Part shown: positions 1-11,164 of the stretch, one piece after another
Layout: every line of letters starts with the position of its first letter
How positions within the stretch are numbered: the first letter of the stretch is position 1
From: the human T2T-CHM13v2.0 reference genome, Homo sapiens
Length of the DNA stretch: 64,000 nucleotides
Assembly (NCBI RefSeq): GCF_009914755.1
Contig: NC_060936.1
Direction: 5' to 3' (one strand)
Translations under genes and position numbers: made by a program
The notes under the pieces: generated by a model
The model's input: only the letters and a program-made list of their open reading frames with translations
Told to the model about the DNA's origin: nothing
Database searches by the model: none

Positions 1-209
1 CACTAATGATCTGGCATCCATAGTTGGGAAATATTCCCTTGTTTTGTTTTTATGAAAGATGTGTGAAATGGACTGTAATAGAGATAATATCTAATTTTTT
101 TCTTGTGTGGGCATTAGCTAGTTAAGGACATTATTCATACTGTCATATGTCTTTGGTTTGCAAACTGTTATTTTGTCTCTTAAACATCTCTTGAATTGAT
201 TTCCTTCCT

Positions 210-369
210 CTGCTACCTATTTGTGTAAATAAAGTTTTAACGAAACACAGCCATGTCCATTCACTCTGCAAGAGCCAAATTGGGCAATTGTGCCAGAAAC
301 TGCACAGACCATGAAGCCTATTGTATTTTCTTTCAGGCCCTTTACAGAAAAAGGGCTGCTGACTCTTGG
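210..369 (+). mobile_element. MER58A-like hAT-Charlie DNA transposon fragment
   Basis: Resembles recalled MER58A: 'tgtaaataaagttttaacgaaacacagccatgtccattc...ggccctttacagaaaaagggctgctgactc'. Confidence 0.75.
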
Positions 370-810
370 TGTAGCGCCTCCTCCTGGATTGTCCGGATGA
401 GTGCAGGCCCGCATCCCCAGAGCTCACCCCGGGAACAGTGACTGTCCATCAGGGGCTTCCTCAATCACATGCAGGTGTCCTTGCCTGCTCACATGTCTAG
501 AATTGGATAATTTGAAAGAAAAGTTGTATTTTGTCCCATGCTGTGGGTTTTATGCTCAGTATATCAGATCCTTGTGGTTTTAGGAGGAAATGTGAAAAGG
601 TAATGCCTAGCAACAGCACCAGGGTGTCGAAATCATTATCCATGTTCCCTCCCCTGGTCTATCCTGCCCTCGGTGCTCCCATTCCGGTGAGGGGCAGCAC
701 AGCTGGGATTGGCTCCTCCTCTCCCTGTGTGGTCTCACAATTCCAGGGTCCATAGGAACCCAACATGATGGAAGTTAGAGGTGTTCATTCAAATATGAAA
801 GCTACTTAAC

Positions 811-1036
811 ATTTTTTCTTAAATTTGTATACACTTAAGGAGCATAAATGCAGTGTTGTCACATGGATATATTGCACAGTGGTGATGTCTGGGATTTTAG
901 GGTAATCACCACCTAAGTTATGTACATTGTCCCCATTAAGTAATTTCTCATCCCTCATCTCCCTCCCATCCTTCCTCCCTTCGAGTCTCCAGTGACAATT
1001 ATTCCACATTCTGTGTCTGTGTATACACATTATTTA
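811..1036 (-). mobile_element. L1 3' end fragment (L1PB4/L1MA-like)
   Basis: T-rich start then antisense L1 3'UTR 'cattgtccccattaagtaatttctcatccctcatctccctcccatcc...gtatacacattattta'. Confidence 0.75.
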
Positions 1037-2655
1037 GTGCACAGAGTACACAGCTCATCTCATTTGACTTTTTCAAGGCTCTTGGGGAAGATGAGGTAGG
1101 AGTTGGCATTTATTTTCTGAGTGGAGAGACCAAATGCATGTGATTTGATGAGCCTGGCAGATCTGTACTCACCCCAAGGTGATGACACCTTGCTGCCCTT
1201 GACCCATAGACAATGAAGTGGCCAGGCTGTGTGGTTAAGAACAGCAGATAATTCTGTCTCACTGCTGGTGTCACCCATGCACAAAATGCTGGCTGGAGGA
1301 AGGGCTGGTGGGTAGTTGTTTTAAGTACGGAAATTGGTTAATGCCCCAAAGCCAATGCATTGAGTTGAGATTCTTCCCATGAAGCGCCGAAAGCTTTTAC
1401 AAAAGCCATCAATCTCAGCCCAACAAGGAAAGAGAGAGAAGAGGCCCTGGGTTTTGAAGAAGGGAAATTGAGGTGTTTCAGCAGGTCCTAAAACTATACT
1501 CAAACCTCAGTCCAGAATGAATGGATTTTCATCTCATCAACATTGGTAGATGCAGCCCATTTAGCATGACATCATAAACTGGAGGAAGAAGAGTGCAGAG
1601 AGCTCATTAGCATGAGTTGTCTTGGAAAGCTTTCGGAACAAGTTCTGAATTAATTAAAATTTCATTTGGATGATGAGCACATGGTTATATTTATTTTATT
1701 CTCAAGCCTTTCTATAGTAACTGAGGAGGCTCCCCTCTGCAGAATGCCTGATGGCAGTGGCCCTGCCATACATCATTTGGAGGAACTGAGAGGGTTATTT
1801 TTAACTCCCCATTATTGAAGAAAACACACACATCTGGAACATTGTGGGGGTGACGATCAGCTGTTCAGATGAGAGATGGTTTGTGGTAGGCCGTGCATCA
1901 TTTTCTAATTATTTTGACTCTGCTCGTTGCCGTAAACACCTTGGGCATCTAAAATCTGGCCCATTTAATCTCTAAATTGTATGCTCTCAGTCTGTCATGG
2001 AGTCTTTGTTTAATGCAATCTCTACTTTTATCAGGCAGTAAAACCAAGACAAATGGAATTCCGGTCAGTGCAGTAGCCTACCGTGGGTGCAGTAGGAGAC
2101 CCAGCTGCAGATGGAGGGTTATGACATGGAAAATGTCTAGGGGGCTTGATGGTAGCTGGGGGTTTGAGAAAAGATGGATAGTTTTGAAGTGAAAAACAAT
2201 TATTTATTTGCTTACAGTTGCCTAAGGAAGCTTGGAATTTTTTTAAATAGGACCATTTATGAGGTTGACAAAAGAAAGCTCGTTGTGACAATTTTCCATA
2301 TGAACTTCCGACAGATGGTGTAGAGTGATTACACCGGCCACGCAGGATGGAAGGAAGTCAGCCAGATTCTTGCACCCCCTCATTTTCACAAAGCTGTGGC
2401 TCTCTCTGCATCTGGCAGTCTTTTTTCATTGAAACCATCCACTTCATTAATTCCAGGCAGGAGCCTGAATGGTGAATAAAAGCGTAAGAGTGCCTGTTCA
2501 CTTTTGTGAGGTTGTGTCATGACAACACACACCAGCACTCACAGAGACTCACACAGGTAGCAGATGCCATCGGGAAATTACACCGGAAAAGTCAGTGCTG
2601 CCATACGGAGGTCAATTTCATATTTAACTTACATAGGTGGTGCTCTACATTTTGC

Positions 2656-2833
2656 ATTTTATTTTATTTTATTTTATTTTATTTTATTTTATTTTATTTT
2701 ATTTTATTTTTCGTGCAGATAATATTTTGCCATGTTACCCAGGCCACTCTTGAACTCCTGGGCTAAAGCAATCCATCCAACTTGGCCTCCCAAAGCGCTG
2801 GGATTATAGGCATGGGTCACTGCACACCCAGCC
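2656..2833 (-). mobile_element. Alu monomer (FLAM/AluJ left arm) with (ATTTT)n tail
   Basis: About 11 ATTTT units (2656-2711) followed by 'gccatgttacccaggcc...ctcccaaagcgctgggattataggc'. Confidence 0.85.
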
Positions 2834-2904
2834 CACAATTTCACATTTTAGTATCTCAGGTCCTTTGTGAATCATTTGACACTACCTCATTATAATAGAA
2901 TATT

Positions 2905-3280
2905 CAACTAGAAGATTTTAAACAAGAAAGATTAATTCACATGACAAGAAGCTAAAGCTAGGAAATTTCAGGTTTTGTTCAGCCATCTCCCAGGTCTCCA
3001 AGCACCCAGTTCTTTCTATCTTTCTGCTGTACCCACTGCATGTTGGTTGATCCTTGGTCTAGTCTCCTCATGGTCACAGAATGGCTGCTGGAGCTTCTCA
3101 CAGCATATCATCACCTGCTTACTTACATTCAGAGGCAGAAAACTGGCAAGTTTTACTTTTTTTTATTTTTATTTTTTGTCAGGAAAAAGCTTTACATAAG
3201 CCTCAATTAGTGTCTTTCTTAGGTCTGCCTGGACAATATTGGGTCACCTGTCATCTCCAGAGGACCTGGGAAAGTGAATC
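2905..3280 (-). mobile_element. Old MaLR/ERVL LTR remnant (MLT1J/K-like)
   Basis: 'ctcatggtcacagaatggctgctggagcttc' and related MLT1-type blocks; highly diverged. Confidence 0.45.
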
Positions 3281-3675
3281 TTTATTCAGTATCTATTCTG
3301 GGATGTGAGCTTGGTCAATCAGGAGGAAAGAGAAGGGGACCTGTGGATGGACACTCAAGAGGCGGCTCCAGAAAAAGGTTTTTAATTTTTGTTTCTCCAG
3401 AGAGGGGCCAATGATTAAGCTTCATCCATCATCATCTCTGATATTAATTCATTTACTAGATTCCATTCCTTCTGGAAGGATCTTCAGGTCTGATGAGGCT
3501 GGGGAAGGGATTTGGGACCAGTAAAGCAATGAGGTGGGGTGGGGAGAGTTCCTGGCAGGGCTGGGCTGGAGCTGTCAGTCAAAAGGACAAGGTTGTGCAG
3601 AACTGCTGTGTGGAGGAGAACAGAGGCCTGAATGCAGCATGCTGACCTGTTGTGTTCAAACTGTTCAGAAACAAC

Positions 3676-3973
3676 TTTTTTTGGTTTTTTGAGACGGAGT
3701 CTCACTCCGTCACCTAGGCTGCAGTGCAGTAGTGTGACCTCGGCTCACTGCAACCTCCACGTCCTGGGATCAAGCAATTCTCCTGCCTCAGCCTCCTGAG
3801 TAGCTGGGACTACAGGCGCCCACCACCACACCTAGTTAATTTTTTGTATTTTTAGTAGAGACGAGGTTTCACCATTTTGGCCAGGTTGGTCTTGAACTCC
3901 TGACCTTACATGATCCATCTGCCTCAGCCTGCCAAGTGCTGGGATTACAGGCATGAGCCACTGAGCCCGGGCC
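3676..3973 (-). mobile_element. AluS, full length
   Basis: Complete antisense dimer; TSD 'agaaacaacttt' at 3667-3678 and 3974-3985. Confidence 0.95.
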
Positions 3974-4120
3974 AGAAACAACTTTAAAAAGTCATGGTTT
4001 AACAAAATTAGAAGCTCTCATATATGCAAATGAAAATTCCAAATTTTGGCCTCTTGTGAAAAATACAGAAGACAGGAGATACTGGGTCTGTGTCCTGGAG
4101 GCAGCACCTGAGGGGACATC

Positions 4121-4274
4121 TGTCATGGCCTCAGATCCAGGCGCACCACCATCCCCCTACCCTCACACCTGTGTCATGGCCTCAGATCCAGGTGCATCAC
4201 CATCCCCCTACCCTCATACCTGTGTCATGGCCTGGGCTCCAGGTGCACTGCCATCCCCCTACCCCTCACACCTG
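4121..4274. repeat. 51-bp minisatellite, 3 copies
   Basis: Units start at 4121, 4172 and 4223: 'tgtcatggcctcagatccaggygcayyrccatccccctaccctcayacctg' (third unit more diverged). Confidence 0.95.
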
Positions 4275-4580
4275 CTCCCCAGGACTCCATCTTCCTGAAA
4301 CATATGCCACTCCTGCCTCTCTCCTGGGTTGGGTAAACCAAGAGACTCAAGAGACAGCTGCCATTTGGAAGAGGGTCACCTGGAGCAGGCCCATGGCAGA
4401 AGCCCAATCAGAAATGCTGCTTCCTGCAGCTCATGGGGAGCTTCCTGCAGAGCTCCAGGCTCTGGGGCCATGGAGTAAAATGGCGTTGCCCACACAATCC
4501 ACAAGGGTGCCTGTCGTGTTGTGCTCTGTGAAAGGCCTCACCTGCAGCACTGATTCCTGGACCCTGTGAAGAGGGGGTCT

Positions 4581-4679
4581 TTATGATTCCCGTTTTATAA
4601 ATGAGAAGGCTGAGGCATGGGAAGTTGAGTCACTCTCCTTCATAACCAAAGGAGGACTCAGTCCCAGGCCTGTGTGACC
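4581..4679 (-). mobile_element. MIR fragment
   Basis: MIR core 'attcccgttttataaatgagaaggctgaggc'. Confidence 0.6.
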
Positions 4680-5690
4680 TCAGCTGCCAAGACCTGGCCA
4701 AGAAACCTGATTCCAGAAACAGGAGCAAACACTAGCTTCAGCCTCTGGTGGACCTGGCCCAATGCTGGGTGGAGATCTCAGGGACCTGACTGGTCTTTTA
4801 GGGTGTAAAAGGGGGAACCAGTGGGTCAGGGAAGAGGGAGGATGGAGGATGAGGGACCATGGCAAGGTTGAGTCCAGTGTGATGCCTCCTATGTAGAGAG
4901 ACCCCATCTGTGGGGGGGTCATGGCTGCCCACCTCATGGTGGTTCTGATGGCAAATGGGCAAATGTAGTGGTGATCTCAGGGCAAGTGCAGGCACAGTCA
5001 GTGCTCAGGAATGGCAGCCTATGAGCTGGCTACATTTCTCTTAAAATCACCAATTTCATTGTTGCCCAGCATGCCATCAGCCTATAGAGTCAGGTGCCCC
5101 AGATATTAAATCCCTGTTAATTAAGAGGGTCAAGTTATAAGTTCATTCACCAAACACTTGGTAAGCAAGTCTGAAGTAACAGCATATGCAAGCGCAAGGA
5201 GCACAAATATTATAACCTCTTACAGGAAAATAAACACACAAAAAACATACAAACAGGTCCCCATTAATATGGCCCCAAACGGCTAATGGAGATTCATTCT
5301 TATCTAATTATTAAAAGGGTTGTTTGTCAATGTTGGTCAATCTTATTTGAATTACCATGGCTACTATACACGACAGTACAAATCATTTTTTTTTTACAAA
5401 ATTTGATAATTCAAGCGTTAATAAACATAGTCTTGTTTCCCTTAATTGATTAGCATTAAAGAGATTTAGCTGAACTTTTGAGCCCTCCTTGGCATTTTCT
5501 TTGTAAAAGACGCATAAGACTCCATAAAGAGGGAATCTGTAGCATTAATTGATGCTTGTTCATACTCCAACTTACCAGGCACATGTCTACTCCCCCAGAA
5601 GAACTTAGTCTTTCTTGTTAACATGAAATCTTAAGTTAGGTAAAAGGATAACAAGAAGATGTCTACCCTACAGTTAAGATTTGTGTGCCA

Positions 5691-5912
5691 GGCTGGGCGT
5701 GGTGGCTCACACTTGTAATCACAGCACTTTGGGAGGCTGAGGCAGATGGATCACAAGGTCAGGAGTTTGAGACAAGCCTGACCAATATGGTGAAACCCCA
5801 TCTCTACTAAAAATACAAAAAATTAGCTGGGCGTGGTGGTGTGTGCCTGTAATCCCAGCTACTTGGGAGGCTGAGGCAGGAGAATCACTTGAACCTGGGA
5901 GGTGGAGGTTGC
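5691..5912 (+). mobile_element. AluS (Sg/Sc-like), 3'-truncated, no poly(A)
   Basis: Left arm, A-rich linker and right arm up to 'ggaggttgc', then unrelated sequence. Confidence 0.92.
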
Positions 5913-6169
5913 TATGTTGATGCAGGAATGAGCCATGTTTTGTCTTGGAGAATGGCTGTTGCACTTTTCATATTAAAGACAATATCAGATTCACAGCGTG
6001 CCACTGAGGAAGTTTCTAGACAACAGCATTTCTCTGCTCTCTGGGATGGATTCAGTTTGCTTCTAACGGCGACAGGAGATACTACCTGGGTGGACCCTTG
6101 GTATTCAACCAAGGGTCTCTCTTATCTCTGTCAACCCAGGGGTACTGATGGAATGGGCCTAAACTGCTG

Positions 6170-6612
6170 CCCTGACCACTCAGGGGCATGGGTCAGAGTT
6201 GGCCTGAAATACCGTGACCCCACCCCGCTTTGCCCGTGACTGGACCATGGTTGGGCACAAGCTGGAGTCCTGAACCCTTAGACAAAAGTAAGGTCAGAGC
6301 AGGGTAAGAACATTCAGATAAAGCCAGTCTTTCCAGGAAAAAGCCTTTCCTGGGGTAAGGGAGAAGTGACCCTACCCATCTTGCTTCATGTTTGGGAGGC
6401 CAGTGTCTCAGAGTTTGATGTCTGAACTTGCCCATTTTATAGCCACTTGGAGAAAGGCCAGCAGAATTGCAGAGACAGAGTCAGATACTCTTGGCATCTT
6501 CCAGCTGCTGAAAAACCCTGGGGCTGCCTGCTGCAGGCTGCCCCTCATGTGGGGAATTAAACATATGTTGTTAAAGTTGTTATTGGTGGGGATTCTGCTA
6601 GCTGTAGTGACA
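6170..6612 (+). mobile_element. Old MLT1-type MaLR LTR remnant
   Basis: MLT1-like 3' end 'attaaacatatgttgttaaagttgttattggtggggattctgctagctgtag'; diverged. Confidence 0.4.
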
Positions 6613-6684
6613 CAAAAAGCTACTGTGACACACACATATATGCACGTGTTTTGGGTTAGAATCTGAATCCTGCCTGTGGTTTTG

Positions 6685-7278
6685 GGCTTGAGGCCAGGCC
6701 TTTCTGGGTTGAAAATAGATAGCAAGTGTTAGAAATGGTAAAGCTTTCTGTCCTTAAATGAAATTGTTTTCCTTTTTATAATGGGAAGGGTTGAAAAATA
6801 ACTAAAAATGAAATAAAATATCTCAGTCCGTGTATTAGTCCATTTTTATGCTGCTGATAAAGACTACCCGAGACTGGGAAGAAAAAGAAGTTTAATCGGA
6901 TTTGTGGTTCTACATGGCTGGGGTGGCCTCAGAATCATGGCGGGAGGCAAAAGGCACTTCTTACATGGCGGCGACAAGAGAAAATGAGGAAGACACAAAA
7001 GTGAAAACCCCTGATAAAACCATCAGATCTAGTGAGACTTATTCACTACCACGAGAACAGTAAGGGGGAAACTGCTCCCATGATTCAAATTATCTCCCAC
7101 CAGGTCCCTCCCACGGCATGTGGGAATTATGGGAGTACAATTCAAGATGAGATTTGGGTGGGGACACAGAGCCAAACCATATCACTCTGTGATTCTGTGT
7201 TCTAACATTTTGTCTGGGACCACCTAAAATCACACTGCACATACCCCACGGGGAAGATCCACATTTTGGCAAACACAT
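6685..7278 (+). mobile_element. MER113-like hAT-Charlie 3' part, split by THE1A
   Basis: 'atagcaagtgttagaaatgg...atctca' before the LTR and 'tgtgattc...ggaccacctaaaatcac...cacattttggcaaacac' after it. Confidence 0.5.
6831..7184 (-). mobile_element. THE1A solo LTR (MaLR)
   Basis: Termini 'tgtattagtcc' and 'gccaaaccatatca'; THE1A-type block 'gagaaaatgaggaagacacaaaagtgaaaacccctgataaaacc'. Confidence 0.9.
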
Positions 7279-7414
7279 TTATAATACAGTGAACAGAACT
7301 GACATTTTTTAGTAACACTGAGCACATGTGAACTATTTAGACCAAAACAGAGAGTTTTAGAGGGTATTGCTGCTACCTAGCATAAATTAGTTCAATGGAG
7401 GTTTAGTCACTATG

Positions 7415-7439
7415 ACACACACACACACACACACACACA
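7415..7439. repeat. (AC)n microsatellite
   Basis: About 12 AC units. Confidence 0.95.
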
Positions 7440-7862
7440 GACGATTGTGGACTCCTCTGTCATTTTAGTACGAAATTTAAAGTCAAGGAATCAGTACATT
7501 GTTAATCATGACCTTGGATATCTCAGCTTATTTTCAGAAATAAAAGTAATTGTGGCAACAACCACCAGTTAGAATGCCAATGAGAAATGCCAACACAGCA
7601 TTTAAAGAATGATGAAATAATACATATCTTTTAACAAGCACATTTATTACGACTGGGGATTTTCTTGTGGATTTTCGTCAGACTAACAGGGTGGTGTCAC
7701 AGAGAAGAAACTCCATGCAAAGAGCTTAGATTTCCATACATTATTTTTCCTGAGAAATTAACCTAGATGCAGTGTTCATGTTTCTCATGTAGGTTCTAGG
7801 GAATTCTGGAAGTTCCTGTTGTTCTCACACTTTCTTTCTCACTCTTCCTAAAGATAAAATTG

Positions 7863-8385
7863 ACTAATCTTCAGCATTTTATGCACTGCTCATGACTTTT
7901 GTCATATTTGCCATAATGCAGTATTTACCACAGTATAATATATAATGATATTTATGTTATTTACTTAAAATTATCTTTAAACATGCCTATTTAACTCTGA
8001 TACATATATTTTAAAAGGAAATGACAGCTGCACTACAAATGGAAAACCGCGATCACTTACTGTAAGTAGAAGACAATTATAGAATAAATGTAAAAAAGGC
8101 AAAACATTTTGCTTAGATTCTCTGTCTGCTTACTGCTTTGAGGCTGAGTCCTGCTTCCTCTTGGTAAAAAGAAAGGTTAGTAAGTGTCAGATTGATGTTA
8201 CAGACACAGAAGCAACAACAGACTGAGCCTTCCTACTCAAGGTAATCAGAAAAGCCCACTGTGTATCTGAAAGGAACCACTTCATTACTGTGCTCTTACG
8301 TGTTATTTAAGTTTCAGTTACACCACACTGAAAACCATCTGGCTTGCCATGTGAAGCTTCAGAAGTACACATCCCCCACTTTGTT
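7863..8385 (+). mobile_element. MER113-like hAT-Charlie element
   Basis: 'ttttaaaaggaaatg...aaatggaaaaccgcgatcacttactgtaagtagaag...gtacacatcccccactttg'; similar to 15155-15525. Confidence 0.55.
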
Positions 8386-8494
8386 TCTGACATTACCAGA
8401 TGCACATGGGGATGGGCAGTCCCAGGGAAGCTGTCATGAGCAATCGAAAACACTAATGGCATTTTATTGCCCTGGGCCAAGGCTTGGGCTAGGG

Positions 8495-9237
<743 letters not shown>

Positions 9238-9441
9238 CTAGCTATTATTCATGGTTATTACCAATGATTGTCCTGTGGTATATACCACCAGTGTACTTTT
9301 CTTCCCCTTAATCAATACGAATTCCAACTATCTTTTTAGAAACTGCTCAAGATTTAATTCCAGGGAGCAGAAGCCAGGAAAGAATTTTATGGTTAGAATT
9401 CTTAAGGAAGCGACTTTGATAAAATAAAAACTATGCAGCAA

Positions 9442-9443
<2 letters not shown>

Positions 9444-9483
<40 letters not shown>

Positions 9484-9495
9484 ACACACACACAG

Positions 9496-9524
<29 letters not shown>
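9444..9524. repeat. Interrupted (CA)n microsatellite
   Basis: About 40 CA units with two GA interruptions. Confidence 0.95.
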
Positions 9525-9526
<2 letters not shown>

Positions 9527-9528
9527 TA

Positions 9529-9639
9529 CCTGGTACCATATTTGAGTTTCTGGACCATATCTGGAGTTCACCTCCAGATATCTCTCTACTTTTTTTTTTT
9601 TGAGACAAGATCTTACTCAAATGCAATGTATGAAGCCTC
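9529..9639 (+). repeat. Local composite duplication of 8748-8849 plus 8583-8605
   Basis: 'cctggtaccatatttgagtttctggacca...ctccagatatctctcta(t)n gagacaagatcttact' joined to 'tcaaatgcaatgtatgaagcctc'. Confidence 0.9.
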
Positions 9640-10156
9640 ATATATATATATAAAGATTATATATCCATATAATCTTTAAGCATTAATTTGGATTTGGTCA
9701 GAAAAAGAGAGTACAAGTTTTACAGGAATATAGGAGTTAGATCTTACACAAATATGGGTTGAGTTGGGGGACGGAGGTTTTGAAGGCTTCAGTGGAAGAT
9801 TCCAGACAAAGGTGTTGATTTCAGATCTCTTCTTGCAGCACTAGAGAAGCAGGACCTCAGGAAGAAGCTCCATAAGCTGCCATGAGCACACATGGAGGCT
9901 CCTGGAGAGGACGGTGAAGCCACCCCCGGGCAGAATGGTGTCCAGGGGTCGATGTCTTCTGCTTCTTTCTGCCTACCAAATCACTCCTGGGTTCCCCTTA
10001 AACCAAGCTCTGACCAGTAGGCTCAGAGGCAAATAGATCAGGGAAATGTACCGCCCAGCCTTAGAAGAAGATGGTGGCACTGATGTGTCAAGAGGAAATA
10101 TAGCACCTATATATATGTACCAAGGGAAGAGGGGGGGAAGTGTTCAAAATTACATT

Positions 10157-10260
10157 TCGTTCATTCATCCATTCAAAAAATACTTAACAATCACCTGCTT
10201 TATAGCAGTCACTGTCTTGCACCGGGATATAACACGGTACAAACTAGGTGCGATCTTTGC
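10157..10260 (-). mobile_element. L2 3' end fragment
   Basis: 'tcattcatccattcaaaaaatacttaacaatcacctgctttatagcagtcactgtc'. Confidence 0.6.
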
Positions 10261-10483
10261 GATTATTAGGTTTATTGTAGCAGTTGTTGCTGTTACATCT
10301 CACTGCTCTCATTGCAAATGTTGATGGTGGCTTTTACGTCTGTGAAAATAAAAAGCATGACCTTTTGATAGTTGTTTGCTGTATGGAAGCCTATTTTACT
10401 ATGTTTGCATGCAAACTTCTATCTGACCTTAAGCTAATGGGAGCTTGTAAAGAGGTGGAATCGAATGTAAAGTTTGAAAAGAC

Positions 10484-10765
10484 AAGAAAAGAGAAAAGGA
10501 AAGGGAAGGGATGGGGAGGGGAGAGAAAGAGAGGGGAGGGAGTCGGAAGAGAGGGGAGGGAGGGGAGGAGAGGGGAGGCAGGAAGGAAGGGGAGGGGAGG
10601 GAAAGGGAAGAGAGGGGAGGGAGGGGATAGGGGAGGGACGGGAGGAGAGGGGAGGGGAAGGGAAGAGAGGGGAGGGGAAGAGAGGGGAGGGAGGGAAAGA
10701 GAGGGGAGGGGAGGGGAAGAGAGGGAAGAGGAGGGGAGGGGAAGAGAGGGAAGGGAGGGGAGAAA
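10484..10765. repeat. GA-rich polypurine tract, (GGGGA/GGAAG)n
   Basis: About 280 nt of almost pure purine on the + strand with many GGG/GGGG runs. Confidence 0.95.
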
Positions 10766-10986
10766 CAACAACCATATGTCTTTATTTCCTGTTAGCTCCA
10801 TTTCTGGCCTTTGGTCTCTTTCTCGGAAAGCAGGCCTCAGTGGCCTCAGTTTCTTCCCAGAACCTGCAATGCCCCACCAAGGTGACAAGAAGTGCAAGGT
10901 AGTTAGCTCTCCTTCAGTGCTTATGAGTTGAAGGTGATAACATCTGAAGACCGGTTGTCACATTTGAATTTTTCTTTTTATTTCAG

Positions 10987-11164
10987 GAGTCGGTTTTCAC
11001 TGCCAACCAAAGAGGTGACCCCCGCAAAGCAACCATGTTGGGACAGTCCATTTGCTGCGTTTTGATTATTTGCTAAGAGCAAATACCTTTTCTGTTTGGG
11101 TTTTGCTTTTAGAAAAAAAATGTGGCAGATGGTGGTGGCTTTCCCCGTCATTGAAAGAAGAAAG
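10987..11164 (+). other. Weak candidate non-coding or UTR exon
   Basis: Strong acceptor 'ttttctttttatttcag|G' ending 10986; mediocre donor 'AAG|gtagta'; lies in repeat-poor sequence. Confidence 0.25.

Noticed and set aside
1855-2415. Several E-boxes (CAGCTG, CAGATGG, CATCTGG) in unique sequence
   Set aside because: Six- to seven-mers at this density cannot be told from background without conservation or chromatin data
4090-4569. 159-aa ORF with repeated HHHPPTL motifs
   Set aside because: Produced by the 51-bp minisatellite; no splice context or recognisable homology
9402-9641. Cys/Val-repeat ORFs on the minus strand
   Set aside because: Translation of the (CA)n microsatellite
10284-10931. 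Longest ORFs in the track (215, 168, 142 and 113 aa; G/R/E-rich or P/S/L-rich)
   Set aside because: They are open on both strands only because the GA-rich tract lacks stop codons; low-complexity artefact
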